A stretch of DNA of 64,000 nucleotides from Patescibacteria group bacterium (GCA_041661505.1 JBAZUF010000001.1:177576-241575); one strand, 5' to 3'. Counted from the stretch's first letter, positions 14,737-25,015 are shown. Made by a program: numbers and translations. The notes: generated by a model not told the origin, from the letters alone.

Positions 14737-17613
14737 TTATTTTCCCTCTACCACTTTTATTTCCTCCTCCCCCAATCCGTAAAGCTCAAAAACCTCCTCG
14801 TCAATTTTTTTATCGGTTCTGGCGATTTCGTCTTTGAGCTTGCGCCAATCATCGGAATTTTCAGTTAATTCGCTAAGTTTTTTGTTTAATTCCAACATTT
14901 TATCAACCCAAATTGCTATTTGTTCTTGTTGTTTTTCATTCCCAATACAAATTGGAATTTGCTGTAAAGGCTCCGTATCAATTTGAAACATATCTCCTTG
15001 AAGTTTACCTTTTTGTTTTAGCCAGAAACAAATAAGTTTTGAATTTAACAATCCGACGAGGTATTTTAAATTTACCTTATCTGTTTTTATAATATTAAAA
15101 GTTAACATCACATAACAATCATCTTCCGTATATGAAAATGTTGGAACTTTACATTTTCTAACAGAAATTATTTTCGGGCCTTTCTCAAAATATTTTAGAT
15201 TTCTTGGCCAATGTAAATTATAATATTTAATAGAACCACTTAAATTTTTCCTGCGCTCCTCCATTATTGGCCTATATTTATTCAAATGTTGTAGAAGTGT
15301 TGAATTCTCTGATACTTTTTCATTTTTTGGGATATAAATCAATTCTTTATCATTATTTTTATCAAATTTATATCTTCCGATTTGACCCGTATCAAAAAGT
15401 GGTTTTATGTATTTCTTCTCTGGTTCAGAAATATTCAAGTAATTTTTAGGGATTACGAAAACTCCGTCGTTAATGTTTATGTTGAATTGTTTTACATAAT
15501 TATCAGGTATTTTTTTAATATTTCTGGCATTTATTATGTCTGGATTAGGAACAATCCCCTGTGTTAAATCGTCATTAGCAAAATAATAATTTGCTTTCTG
15601 AATTATCTTGTTTAAAATTTGGTCTAATTCTACTGTTGAAAAAGTTATATTTTTTCCAATCAATTTTTGCGGTTCAATTTCAATTTTATTTTTACCAAAG
15701 AACATCTCAGCTACCAATTTTTCCTCAGAAATATCTTTGTCCGTGATTCGCAAGTATTCTACCAAATATTTTTCTTGAGGTTTATTTTTTTCAAAGACAA
15801 AAACCATTGTCTGAATTCCAGCCTGTTTAAAAACTTTATAATCGCCAAAATCTATAAAAGTCCTTAATTCGCCTTCGTTTAAAATTTTATCTCTAAAAAT
15901 ACTTGCTCCATAATTTGAAATCCAGCTATTTGGGGCAATAAAACTTAAAAAACCGTTTGGTTTTAGCAGATCAATGCTAACGCATCCAAACATAGTCCAG
16001 ATATCCATTTTACCTTGATAGTACGGGCTATTATGGAGTCCCTTAAAAGCTTCCTTATTTGCATCTTCCTTAATATACGGCGGATTACCGATAACGCAAT
16101 CAAAACCGCCTTGTTTGAATACCTCGGGAAATTGTTCCTGCCAGTTAAATGGGAGCTTGTCGCGATAATTCTTGCCGAAATATTTTATTAGCTCTTCGTC
16201 CGGGCCGGAAATGAGCGAGTTGCCGTTTTTGATGTTCCCGCCTAAATTCGGCAGTTTTGTCTGGCTGTCAAAAGTGTTTAATAAGAGGTTTAGGCGCGCC
16301 AGTTCCACGGCCTGCTGATCAAGGTCAACTCCGTAAATATTATTCTGCAAGATCTGAATTTTTAATAAGCCATTAGACTTGGAGCCGAATTCCTCGTACT
16401 TTTTTATTAGAAAATTCATCGCCGCGACTAAAAATGAGCCCGAACCGCAGGCCGGATCAAGAATTTTTATTTTTTGGAGATCGTTTATGCTTTTGCACTT
16501 ATCCAAAACCGGACCAAGCGCGTTTTGTACGATATAATCCACGATGAATTTTGGCGTGTAGTAGATGCCCTGCTCCTTGCGTTTTTTCAGGTTCTTGCCC
16601 GCGGCTTCTTCCTTTTTGGATTTTTTCAGCTGATGGCCGAGATAATTTTCATAGACATTGCCTAAAACATCAGCCGGAATTACCGAAAAATCGTATTCAA
16701 AATAATTTTTCTTGCCGTGCAATATGTCAATTACTTTTTCGGTGGCGCCGCTAAACTCTTCCCACTTTTCAAAAGGATGTTCGTCAAAAAGATTGGAATT
16801 ATAAATAACGTCAAGCTCCCGAAATTTTTTTACCATAGCCAAATACGGGCTAATTTCGCCGGCCTTGCCGCTCGACCGGTATTCATGGATTAACGGCATA
16901 AGCGTCGGCGGTTCAATTTTCCGATCCTCGGCCGACCGGATGAATATGAGCCGATTTAATAGTTTTTGTACTCCCTCGTCAATAAGATGTGGGTCAACTT
17001 TATCGTTCCATTGGGAAAAAGCCTCGGTAAGAATTATGCGACAGTCGTTTAAATCCTTGGACAAAGTTTCCGTAACCGATACTTTTTGCAGCTTCTTTCC
17101 AACTTTTTCCGCTTCTTTGTCTAAAATATCCTCGCTGAAAGCTTCTTTTGAAAGTCGCCAGAGTTCATCAAAGCGGGCTAAATACTCTTCATGGGTAAAA
17201 GACAAATATTTTTTTCCGGCCAGAGTCTTTTCCGGCGACAACGCGTTAAATACTATGAGGCCTTCAAAGTCGGTAAGAACCGCCCAGGTTGCTCCTTTAT
17301 TCCAGGAATAACGAATGGCCTGTTTGGCAAAATCTTCGCGATTTAGGTCGGCCGACAATTTTTTCGCCTCCAGGTAAAACTTTATCCGGCCATTAAGGTA
17401 AAAGCCATAATCCACCCGGTCGCCGGAAATCTGCTCCTCGGCCGTAACTTCCATTTTATCATGAACATTCCAGCCCAAAGCCTCGAACAGCGGCTGAATA
17501 AAACCGATTTTAGTTTCCTCTTCACTGTAAGTTTTTATCTTGCCTAAGTCAACCACTTCCCGGTATTTATCCACCAGCCGTTTTATCTTGTCCTTGGCTT
17601 CTTTCCTGTCCAT
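14737..17613 (-). CDS. Type IIG/IIL restriction-modification fusion enzyme (PD-(D/E)xK nuclease plus N6-adenine methyltransferase plus specificity domain)
   Basis: The N-terminal DRVDYGFYLNGRIKFYLEAKK is a D...ExK nuclease motif. Motif I is ILDPACGSGSFLVAA and motif IV is VIGNPPYIKE. A long AT-rich C-terminal TRD-like region follows. Confidence 0.85.
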   Translation of the reverse strand: MDRKEAKDKIKRLVDKYREVVDLGKIKTYSEEETKIGFIQPLFEALGWNVHDKMEVTAEEQISGDRVDYGFYLNGRIKFYLEAKKLSADLNREDFAKQAIRYSWNKGATWAVLTDFEGLIVFNALSPEKTLAGKKYLSFTHEEYLARFDELWRLSKEAFSEDILDKEAEKVGKKLQKVSVTETLSKDLNDCRIILTEAFSQWNDKVDPHLIDEGVQKLLNRLIFIRSAEDRKIEPPTLMPLIHEYRSSGKAGEISPYLAMVKKFRELDVIYNSNLFDEHPFEKWEEFSGATEKVIDILHGKKNYFEYDFSVIPADVLGNVYENYLGHQLKKSKKEEAAGKNLKKRKEQGIYYTPKFIVDYIVQNALGPVLDKCKSINDLQKIKILDPACGSGSFLVAAMNFLIKKYEEFGSKSNGLLKIQILQNNIYGVDLDQQAVELARLNLLLNTFDSQTKLPNLGGNIKNGNSLISGPDEELIKYFGKNYRDKLPFNWQEQFPEVFKQGGFDCVIGNPPYIKEDANKEAFKGLHNSPYYQGKMDIWTMFGCVSIDLLKPNGFLSFIAPNSWISNYGASIFRDKILNEGELRTFIDFGDYKVFKQAGIQTMVFVFEKNKPQEKYLVEYLRITDKDISEEKLVAEMFFGKNKIEIEPQKLIGKNITFSTVELDQILNKIIQKANYYFANDDLTQGIVPNPDIINARNIKKIPDNYVKQFNININDGVFVIPKNYLNISEPEKKYIKPLFDTGQIGRYKFDKNNDKELIYIPKNEKVSENSTLLQHLNKYRPIMEERRKNLSGSIKYYNLHWPRNLKYFEKGPKIISVRKCKVPTFSYTEDDCYVMLTFNIIKTDKVNLKYLVGLLNSKLICFWLKQKGKLQGDMFQIDTEPLQQIPICIGNEKQQEQIAIWVDKMLELNKKLSELTENSDDWRKLKDEIARTDKKIDEEVFELYGLGEEEIKVVEGK

Positions 17614-17697
17614 AAGTTTTGATTATTGAATAATCATTTCTTCCTTAAAATTAGCATTTTTTTGCCTTAAAATCAACTACATCCACTTTAAAAACCC

Positions 17698-18438
17698 TCA
17701 CAAATCCCTCTCATCCCACATCCTCACCAATTCCCCCTCCCAGCCAAAGCAGGTTGATTGTTTGCAAAGTTGTTCAAATGTCTTCAGGCAGTTCGGATCT
17801 ATTTTGACGAATTCCACAAGGATTTGAACAGCTTCCTGGATAAACCCGCCAACCGTGCCGTCTGAATCGTCAACGCCGCCGGTGCATAATTTTTTATCCA
17901 GCCTCAAAAGCAGTTTTACGAGGAGATCGGCCGTTTGCGTGCTTACTGGTAATTTGGAAACGACTTCACTTAACAGATTACAGCCTTCGGAAAGTGAATT
18001 TTGATAGGCAAACCAAGTTCGCGAAGGGCCAGTGTAAGACTTAATCAGCCGCGCGGCCGCGGAAATTTCTTTTTTTACTTCCGCCGTTTCTTCTTTTGTC
18101 AGAATTCCTAAACGCCCGCTCAATCTCACTTCACCGACCGGCTCTTTATCTTCTTCTTTTATTTTCTTGCCTTTAAGCACCGCCTGAAGCGCTAGGGCGA
18201 CCATGTGCTTGCATAAAACATCTTTTTCCCCGAGATAACAATCACAATGCCCCTGATTAAAATGTCTTGCCGATACCGAAACCTGATAAGACTTCCCTCC
18301 GAGTACTAAAGCCGAGTAGCCGCTAACATCTTCACCAAAGCGAGTCACTTTTCTTTTTTCATATAAAGCCATCGCTCTTTCAAAAGTCGGCCGATCGGTT
18401 ACATACTTAATTTTTTTAAAATCGTAGCTGGGCATCAT
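17698..18438 (-). CDS. SWIM zinc-finger protein
   Basis: GHCDCYLGEKDVLCKHMVALAL matches the CxC...CxH SWIM signature. Confidence 0.7.
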   Translation of the reverse strand: MMPSYDFKKIKYVTDRPTFERAMALYEKRKVTRFGEDVSGYSALVLGGKSYQVSVSARHFNQGHCDCYLGEKDVLCKHMVALALQAVLKGKKIKEEDKEPVGEVRLSGRLGILTKEETAEVKKEISAAARLIKSYTGPSRTWFAYQNSLSEGCNLLSEVVSKLPVSTQTADLLVKLLLRLDKKLCTGGVDDSDGTVGGFIQEAVQILVEFVKIDPNCLKTFEQLCKQSTCFGWEGELVRMWDERDL

Positions 18439-18595
18439 TTAAGTGAATTTTAAAAATCCTCACTAATTCCTAAATTCAAATTCTGGCTGTCAATAAAGGC
18501 GTAATTGTTGTGTTTTTTTAGCAATAATTAATTTTTGTCTTTAGCCTCCCTTAAATTTACCACTATAAACTCAAGAATTCAAGTAATATCAGCCT

Positions 18596-18646
18596 AAAAA
18601 AAACAAGGGCAGAGTTCAATGGCGAGTGAGCCTGAACTTGCCCTTG
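18596..18646 (-). terminator. Intrinsic terminator of the orphan gene 18706..19116
   Basis: A 14-bp stem caagggca(g)agttca / tgaacttgcccttg, followed on the minus strand by eight T. Confidence 0.7.
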
Positions 18647-18705
18647 GATGATAAAAAGAGACACAAATAGCGAGAAAGCGAGAAGTCGCAGCATGATTAA
18701 TCTGG

Positions 18706-19116
18706 TTAGCAGACTACGATATCCGGCTCCATTTCCTTGTAAATGGCTACCCTCACCGAAACCCAGTTAAAATTGCTCAACTTAACTCGGACTTCAGGGA
18801 AATCGGTTAAAAAATTCCAGGTAGCCGCATTGACATGTCTGGCATGGAATCCCTTTTCCAGAAACCATTTAACGGCCTGGAATGCGCTCAAGTGCAAAGT
18901 GAGGTCATTGGGGTCGGCTCCTTCCGCCAGAGCTTTTCCCAATTCTTCGCGGATACGAAGAGTAGTTGCATTGTCGGCCTCTTCGCAGGCATTTCCATTG
19001 ACTACCTTTCTGCCATTTATCCACTTTCCGTTATTACTGTAAATGGTTATGCCATGATTGGCTATTTCTATTGGACAAAAATCCGAGTGGACATGCACAA
19101 CATGACTAGGTGCCAT
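18706..19116 (-). CDS. Hypothetical protein (orphan; own promoter region and terminator)
   Basis: ATG ORF of 136 aa with no motif I recognise. It is flanked by 267-nt and 244-nt non-coding spacers. Confidence 0.45.
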   Translation of the reverse strand: MAPSHVVHVHSDFCPIEIANHGITIYSNNGKWINGRKVVNGNACEEADNATTLRIREELGKALAEGADPNDLTLHLSAFQAVKWFLEKGFHARHVNAATWNFLTDFPEVRVKLSNFNWVSVRVAIYKEMEPDIVVC

Positions 19117-19284
19117 TGAAGCTACCTCCCTCTTCTTAAATGTTCACTGCACTGTTTACTCTTTTCAAAACAAGCCAACGGCGCATTGCCTATATAAATT
19201 AAAGGCGATGGGCTGTTGACTGGTCATTTAAATGAGCGACTATTTATCTTAGCTTTTTTTTAGATTTTTTTCAAGTCAGGGCGC

Positions 19285-19310
19285 AAAAAAACCGAACAAA
19301 ATCGGTTTTT
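19285..19310 (-). terminator. Intrinsic terminator after ftsZ
   Basis: aaaaaccga-acaaaa-tcggttttt, with a U-run on the minus strand. Confidence 0.6.
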
Positions 19311-19360
19311 CTTTAAAATATCTCGGTATTCATTTATTGTTCCAAAGCTTTGGCGGTAAA

Positions 19361-20545
19361 TTACATCATCTTCTTCCGAATAAAGGCTGGGATGGAAAGT
19401 TCATCATCTTCTTCCTGGTAATCGTTTTTCTTCCGGGCCGGTTCGGCCTGGGCCTGCTTTAAGGAGGAAACTTTGGATTTCTTCCGCTCCGGCACGACAA
19501 ATTCTTTTAGCTCGTCTTTTCTTTCTTCTGACGATAGAAAGGGGCTGGGAGTATAGATCCGTTCTTTAACCTCGCCTTCCCTTTTTCCGGATTTATAGTC
19601 AAAACCGGTGGCGACGACCGTAATTTTTACTTCATCTTTCATTTTTTCGTCAATCACCGCGCCAAAAATTATTTTCGCTTCTTCGTCGGCCGAAGCGGTG
19701 ATTACCTTGGCGGCTTCGGAGACTTCGGACATGGACAAGGTTGTTCCGCCGGTTATGGTAAATAGTATTCCGCGAGCGCCTTCAATTGATAGTTCTAAAA
19801 GCGGCGAATTAATCGCCATCTTGGCGGCTTCAATCGCTTTGTTTTCTCCTGAAGCCTGGCCGATTCCCATTAAGGAAGATCCGGCGTTGGACATAACGGC
19901 TTTAACATCGGCAAAGTCGACGTTTATCAGGCCCGGGATGGTAATTACGTCGGAAATGCCCTGGACGCCTTGGCGCAGGACATCGTCAACAACATTAAAG
20001 GCGTCCAATAGGGAGGTTTTTTTATCGATAACTTGCAATAGTTTGTCATTGGGAATAGTAATAATCGTATCTACCTTGTCAATCAGTTCGGCCAGTCCGC
20101 GCTCGGCGATATTTTTCCTTTGCGACCCTTCAAATTGAAACGGCTTGGTAACGACGGCGACCGTAAGGGCGCCCAAATCTTTTGCCAGTTCGGCAACGAC
20201 CGGCGCGGCTCCGGTTCCGGTTCCGCCTCCTAATCCGCAAGTGATAAAAACCATATCCGAATCTTTAAGAATATCGCGGATTTCGTTTTGGGATTCTTCG
20301 GCCGCGTGCCGTCCCAGCTCCGGGTTCATCCCGGCCCCGAGCCCCCGGGTAACGGCTTTGCCGATATGCAATTTTTTTGAAGCTTTATTATAATGCAATG
20401 CCTGGACGTCGGTATTTACGGCAATAAATTCGACTCCTTTGACTCCAGCGTCAACCATCCGGTTGATGGCGCTCCCGCCGCCGCCGCCAACGCCAATAAC
20501 CTTGATTTTGGCAATGGTTTCAATTGCTGGTTTGACTTCAGGCAT
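19361..20545 (-). CDS. ftsZ: Cell division GTPase FtsZ
   Basis: [17 protein letters not shown], the tubulin signature [13 protein letters not shown], and NVDFADV. Confidence 0.97.
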   Translation of the reverse strand: MPEVKPAIETIAKIKVIGVGGGGGSAINRMVDAGVKGVEFIAVNTDVQALHYNKASKKLHIGKAVTRGLGAGMNPELGRHAAEESQNEIRDILKDSDMVFITCGLGGGTGTGAAPVVAELAKDLGALTVAVVTKPFQFEGSQRKNIAERGLAELIDKVDTIITIPNDKLLQVIDKKTSLLDAFNVVDDVLRQGVQGISDVITIPGLINVDFADVKAVMSNAGSSLMGIGQASGENKAIEAAKMAINSPLLELSIEGARGILFTITGGTTLSMSEVSEAAKVITASADEEAKIIFGAVIDEKMKDEVKITVVATGFDYKSGKREGEVKERIYTPSPFLSSEERKDELKEFVVPERKKSKVSSLKQAQAEPARKKNDYQEEDDELSIPAFIRKKMM

Positions 20546-20699
20546 ATTTTTATTGGGTTTTATGAGTTATTTTAGGTATGATAAGTTTAAACTATTCCCA
20601 AAAATATTGCAAGACCCTTAATTAACGCATAAATTCAAAATTTGAGGCCGGGATTCTGTCCCGCGATTCCTTCGTATTTTTTCTTTATTTGCCCGTCTT

Positions 20700-21965
20700 T
20701 TAAGGCATTAAAGAGGACATCCACCGCTTAATTTTATCGACTGATTTTCCGACTGCCTGCCCGCTCCGCGTCCAGTCCAGTTTCCGGCCTTTTTCCTGAT
20801 CTAGAGCCTGGTTGCCCCAAACCGCTAACCCCAGGGCGGTTAAATAATTTACGTCTTCCACTTTGTCGATAACGGTCGACGCGACGCGGTTAGTTCCCAA
20901 ACAGGCCGGCAGGCGAAGTTTCTTTTTAGCCGATTCGACGATATGGGATAATTTCGCCCCGCCGCCGACTAAAAAGACTCCGGCCGGAAGCATCCCCGAG
21001 CGGTCGATTTTTTTAAATTCAGCGTCGATTTTTTCAAATATTTCGTCCACCCGCGCTTCGATAATTTCTGAAATGTATTTTTGGGAAACGGTTGTTTCTC
21101 CGTCGTTTTCCCCTTCCTCGACCAAAGCGCTGATATCGATTTCGTCTTTTTTGGAATATTGGTCCGGCTTGGCCGATCCGAATTCGATTTTAATTTTTTC
21201 GGCAAGATTAATAGGGCATCGCAGTCCGATGGCAATGTCGGCGGTTATATGCTCGGAGCCAAGGGGAATGACGGCCGTATGCAAAAGTTCGCCTTCTTCA
21301 AAGACTGCCAGGCTGGTGGTAGATGACCCGATATTTACTAAAGCCGCGCCCAGCTCTTTTTGCTTCGGGTTGATTACCGCTTCGGCCGAAGCCAAAGGCG
21401 ATAAAACCAAATCTTCTATTTCCAGGCCGGTTCGGTAAATAGCTTTAGTTAAATTCTTGATTTGGGAAGTTAATCCCTGGATAATCAGGGTTTCCACTTC
21501 TAAACGGACCCCGGTCATTCCGATCGGATCCTTTATTTCTTCCTGGTTATCGACCGTAAACTTGACCGGAATAACGTGCAAAATTTCATAATTCGGGGGA
21601 ACGGAAAGAGCCCGCGCCGCCTCGAGCGCCCGCTCGACGTCATCCGGCGTAATTTCACCGTCAGACTTGCCGACCGCGACAACGCCCCGGCTTTTTTCGC
21701 ATTTAATATTAGGGAAATTTATTCCCACCCAAACGCTTTTAACCGGCGAGCCGACGAGCCTTTCGGCTTTTTCTAAACAAGCCGAAATTGAAGACGTCGC
21801 ATCCTCAATCGAATTTACAATCCCGCGGCTAATCCCTTCAGTCGGGACTTCTACGGCGCCGATAATCTGGAAGTTTTTCTCTTCCCGGCTGATACTCTTT
21901 TGTCCGATTACCAAACGTATACTGGCCGAGCCAATATCTAATCCGGCGATAATATTTTCTCTCAT
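20700..21965 (-). CDS. ftsA: Cell division protein FtsA (actin-like ATPase)
   Basis: IIAGLDIGSASIRLVIG, VNIGSSTTSLAVF and LVGGGAKL. It lies immediately upstream of ftsZ. Confidence 0.9.
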   Translation of the reverse strand: MRENIIAGLDIGSASIRLVIGQKSISREEKNFQIIGAVEVPTEGISRGIVNSIEDATSSISACLEKAERLVGSPVKSVWVGINFPNIKCEKSRGVVAVGKSDGEITPDDVERALEAARALSVPPNYEILHVIPVKFTVDNQEEIKDPIGMTGVRLEVETLIIQGLTSQIKNLTKAIYRTGLEIEDLVLSPLASAEAVINPKQKELGAALVNIGSSTTSLAVFEEGELLHTAVIPLGSEHITADIAIGLRCPINLAEKIKIEFGSAKPDQYSKKDEIDISALVEEGENDGETTVSQKYISEIIEARVDEIFEKIDAEFKKIDRSGMLPAGVFLVGGGAKLSHIVESAKKKLRLPACLGTNRVASTVIDKVEDVNYLTALGLAVWGNQALDQEKGRKLDWTRSGQAVGKSVDKIKRWMSSLMP

Positions 21966-22029
21966 AGTTCGTGTGGGCGAATCCCGCTATAATTTATCTT
22001 GTTTTATCTTAATTATTATACCAAAAATG

Positions 22030-22395
22030 TTATAGTCCGCCAAATATATAAGGCAAGAATATTACGAGCCCGGCAACCAAGCACATGGCCGCGGAGAGCA
22101 TTACCGCCCCAGCCATAATATCTTTAATTTCCTTGACGTAGCTATCGATTCTCGGCTTTAGGACATCCGCCGTCCTTTCAATCGCCGAGTTAATGATTTC
22201 CATTAAGAACACCAGGGTAAAAGCGAATGCCATGAAAAACCATTCGGTCCGGCTGATCCGGTAAAAAATTCCCGCGGCCGCCGTAACCAAAGCGGCCATA
22301 AGCTGGATCCGGATATTTTGCTCCTCGCGAAAAACTTTAAGAAGTCCTCTGTAAGCGTAAAAAAAACTTTTTATCAGCCTTCTTGCTCTTATCAT
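22030..22395 (-). CDS. dgkA: Prokaryotic diacylglycerol/undecaprenol kinase family protein
   Basis: 121 aa, three TM helices, FREEQNIRIQL...MEIINSAIERTADV. Confidence 0.8.
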   Translation of the reverse strand: MIRARRLIKSFFYAYRGLLKVFREEQNIRIQLMAALVTAAAGIFYRISRTEWFFMAFAFTLVFLMEIINSAIERTADVLKPRIDSYVKEIKDIMAGAVMLSAAMCLVAGLVIFLPYIFGGL

Positions 22396-22411
22396 ATAAC
22401 TATTAATAAAT

Positions 22412-22819
22412 TTATACGGGTTTATTTTTCCTTAAAAACTCTTCCCCTTCTTTAATCATCCTTACCCTGCCTTTTTCCGTCTTGTCGTCAAGGCCGATTA
22501 AGTGCAAAAGGCCGTGGATTAAAATAAAAATCAATTCATCCTCCGCGGTTTTTTTAAGCTCTCTCGCCTGGCGCTTGATTTGCGCGAGACCAAGAACAAT
22601 TTCCCCTAAAAATTTTCCTTCTCCGGGAAACGATAAAACGTCTGTCGGCCGGTTGATTTTCCGGTATTGCCGGTTCAATTTTTTTATTTCCGAATCGCTT
22701 ACTATCGCGATGGAAAGTTCGTAATCCGCCTTCCTTTTCTCTTTCAAAAATTTTTCCGCGGTCTTCCTTATCAGCAACGCGTTAATCCGGGCTTTAGTCC
22801 TGTTGTTTATTTCTACCAT
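22412..22819 (-). CDS. ybeY: rRNA maturation endoribonuclease YbeY
   Basis: HGLLHLIGLDD metal-binding motif and TDVLSFP. Confidence 0.9.
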   Translation of the reverse strand: MVEINNRTKARINALLIRKTAEKFLKEKRKADYELSIAIVSDSEIKKLNRQYRKINRPTDVLSFPGEGKFLGEIVLGLAQIKRQARELKKTAEDELIFILIHGLLHLIGLDDKTEKGRVRMIKEGEEFLRKNKPV

Positions 22820-22828
22820 TTTTGTTTT

Positions 22829-24196
22829 TTATGTCCCGATTTGGAAGCTGTCAATCATTGTCTGATAAATATTCGGGTATTCCAAAATTTTTCCCTCGCC
22901 CGGGCTATAGCTTAACACATATATATACTCCTTGGCCAAGTTCGTTAAATAAAGCGTCAAATTATCCGGACTTTTTACCGCGCGCCAAAGCGTTTTGCCG
23001 TCCGCATCGGCCTTTTCCATTACCGCCGGAGTGGTGGTGGCATTTTCAAACTGGGAATTATACCAGGCTTCAATCTCTTCTTTGTTGGCATTGGGCTGGA
23101 CTAAAACCTGCAAAAACTGGTTGTCCGGCGACCGGAAAATTATCGTATCCCCGCCGGTAACTTTTTCAATATTCCATTTGGCCGGATAATACAGGTTGTA
23201 GCTGAAATTCTGATTGGCGTAAGCTTTAATGTTCGGATTATCGGCCAATTTTCCCGTTCCGGCCGGATTATATAAGTTCTTTAATTCACTCAAATCAGAA
23301 TAGTCGTCCGCGTCAGAATCGCCCTTTTCACTATCGGTTCCGATAAGCGTTTCTTCAGTATCAGTCAATCCGTCCGCGTCGCTGTCTTTAGCCGGAACCA
23401 GCTGTTCCCCGCTTTCAGGCAAGACGCCGCTTGCTTTTTTATCAATCCACTCCGCCAAAGCCGCCGGAACGCCGCTCTCGTCAAGGCATTTATATCCTTG
23501 CTCGCTGACGATTTTCCATTCGCCGTTCGCTTTCATTAAATCGGCGGAAACCGCGAAGCTTGAGCTGGTGACCGTAAGCGTAATTTTTCCGTTTGCATCG
23601 CGTACGCCTCCCAATAAATTCTCTATTTCAGAAATTTTCGGCTGGCAGGTTTTAATATACTCTATAAATGAATCTTGGTCCGATTGGCTAAGCGCCAAAG
23701 CCTTGTCTTTAACGCCGCTCCAGTCAGCCAGAAACTGGCCTTCCGCCTGGCTTTTAACCAGCGCGTCATAATCGGCCGCCGATCCAAGGCTGGTGATTTT
23801 ATTTCGAAATGCGGCATAAGTATTTTTGGCGTCCTTAATTTGGGCCGCTTCTTCCTCCTGCTCTGCGGCGCCGGTAGTTGCCTCTGCGGCGGGATTTTCT
23901 TCCGTAACAACCGGCTCCGGTCTCGGTTCAACCGGAGAGCCTGGCTTCATAATATAAAAATAATAATAGCCGCCAGCGCCCAGGGCGATTAGCAGAAATA
24001 TTCCGGAAGCAAGAATTATCAGCCCGGCGTTTTTTGAATTCTTGGCATGGCTGGCCGCGTCAAGAAAACGCTTAGGCATAACATGGACGGAAAGGTTTAG
24101 AGGAACTGGCTCTTCTTTTTTAACTTCATCCGCCTTACTCTCTTCCTTATTAGCTTCCGGCTCTTTTTTTCGAAAAAGTTTATTAAAATCAAACAT
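22829..24196 (-). CDS. Single-pass membrane protein with extracellular thrombospondin-type-3-like Ca-binding repeats and a C-terminal globular domain
   Basis: TM helix AGLIILASGIFLLIALGAGGYYYF, then DSDADGLTDTEETLIGTDSEKGDSDAD and LYNPAGTGKL. Confidence 0.6.
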   Translation of the reverse strand: MFDFNKLFRKKEPEANKEESKADEVKKEEPVPLNLSVHVMPKRFLDAASHAKNSKNAGLIILASGIFLLIALGAGGYYYFYIMKPGSPVEPRPEPVVTEENPAAEATTGAAEQEEEAAQIKDAKNTYAAFRNKITSLGSAADYDALVKSQAEGQFLADWSGVKDKALALSQSDQDSFIEYIKTCQPKISEIENLLGGVRDANGKITLTVTSSSFAVSADLMKANGEWKIVSEQGYKCLDESGVPAALAEWIDKKASGVLPESGEQLVPAKDSDADGLTDTEETLIGTDSEKGDSDADDYSDLSELKNLYNPAGTGKLADNPNIKAYANQNFSYNLYYPAKWNIEKVTGGDTIIFRSPDNQFLQVLVQPNANKEEIEAWYNSQFENATTTPAVMEKADADGKTLWRAVKSPDNLTLYLTNLAKEYIYVLSYSPGEGKILEYPNIYQTMIDSFQIGT

Positions 24197-24199
24197 AAT

Positions 24200-25015
24200 T
24201 TATTTAACTTCGTACAATTTTCCCGGTCCCTTGGGATTATACCCGCCTTTGACCTCGCTCCCGTCCTCATAGCCGTCGCCGTCGGTATCTTTGTTTAGCG
24301 GGTCGGTCTTATAGGTATAGACTTCTTCCTTATCAAATAATCCGTCGCCGTCGGTATCGACTTTTTGCGAATCAGTCCCCAGGCTTTGCTCTTCAGTGTC
24401 GTTTAAGCCATCGTTATCCGAATCAATTCCTTCCTGCAAATCAGCTCCGATTAACGCACTATTGGTTTTGTCTTGCTGTTCAATCAGCTGGCCGGCGCCG
24501 GTCAAATCTTCAGGGGTTGTTGATCCGGCATTCCCGCTGTTGGCTGTATTCGCGCCAGAACCGTTATTTTCACTAGTATTGGCGCTATTATTGGCCGCCT
24601 GGTTCGCGGAAGTGTTTGTATTAACAGCTTCATTTGCCGTTTCGGCATTAGTATCTTTCTTCTCCTGGCGGCCGGGCAAAAAGATATTGTAACTATACCA
24701 AAGCCCGACGAAGATTAAAATCAGCCCGCCTAAACCCAGTCCGGCGATAGCCAGCTTTTTTTTGTCGTCTTCGTGATGGATTGCCAGTCTTTCAGCTTCT
24801 GGTGAAGCCGGAGGGGTAATGCTTGATTTTGGCCGGAGCTCGGGCGGACGGGGCTTTTCTCCCCCTTCCATTTGGGAAAAAATATCCTCCACGCCTTCCG
24901 GTTTAGGGCCGGCTCCCGGCGCCGCGGGCATTGGAGGGCGGGGCATAGAATTATTTGCCTGCGGCCCGCCGGCCGGATTTTGGTTTTGGCTTTGAGAATT
25001 GGCGTTTTCAAACAT
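24200..25015 (-). CDS. Single-pass membrane protein, Pro-rich cytoplasmic N-terminus, extracellular TSP3-like repeats
   Basis: TM helix LAIAGLGLGGLILIFVGLWY, then DSDNDGLNDTEE...DTDGDGLFDKEE...DTDGDGYEDGSEV, ending GGYNPKGPGKLYEVK. Confidence 0.6.
   Translation of the reverse strand: MFENANSQSQNQNPAGGPQANNSMPRPPMPAAPGAGPKPEGVEDIFSQMEGGEKPRPPELRPKSSITPPASPEAERLAIHHEDDKKKLAIAGLGLGGLILIFVGLWYSYNIFLPGRQEKKDTNAETANEAVNTNTSANQAANNSANTSENNGSGANTANSGNAGSTTPEDLTGAGQLIEQQDKTNSALIGADLQEGIDSDNDGLNDTEEQSLGTDSQKVDTDGDGLFDKEEVYTYKTDPLNKDTDGDGYEDGSEVKGGYNPKGPGKLYEVK

Noticed and set aside
14737-17613. BREX PglX methyltransferase
   Set aside because: The motifs are compatible. However, no PglZ, BrxC, BrxA, BrxB or BrxL genes are nearby, and an N-terminal PD-(D/E)xK-like nuclease motif is present. 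A stand-alone Type IIG enzyme fits better.
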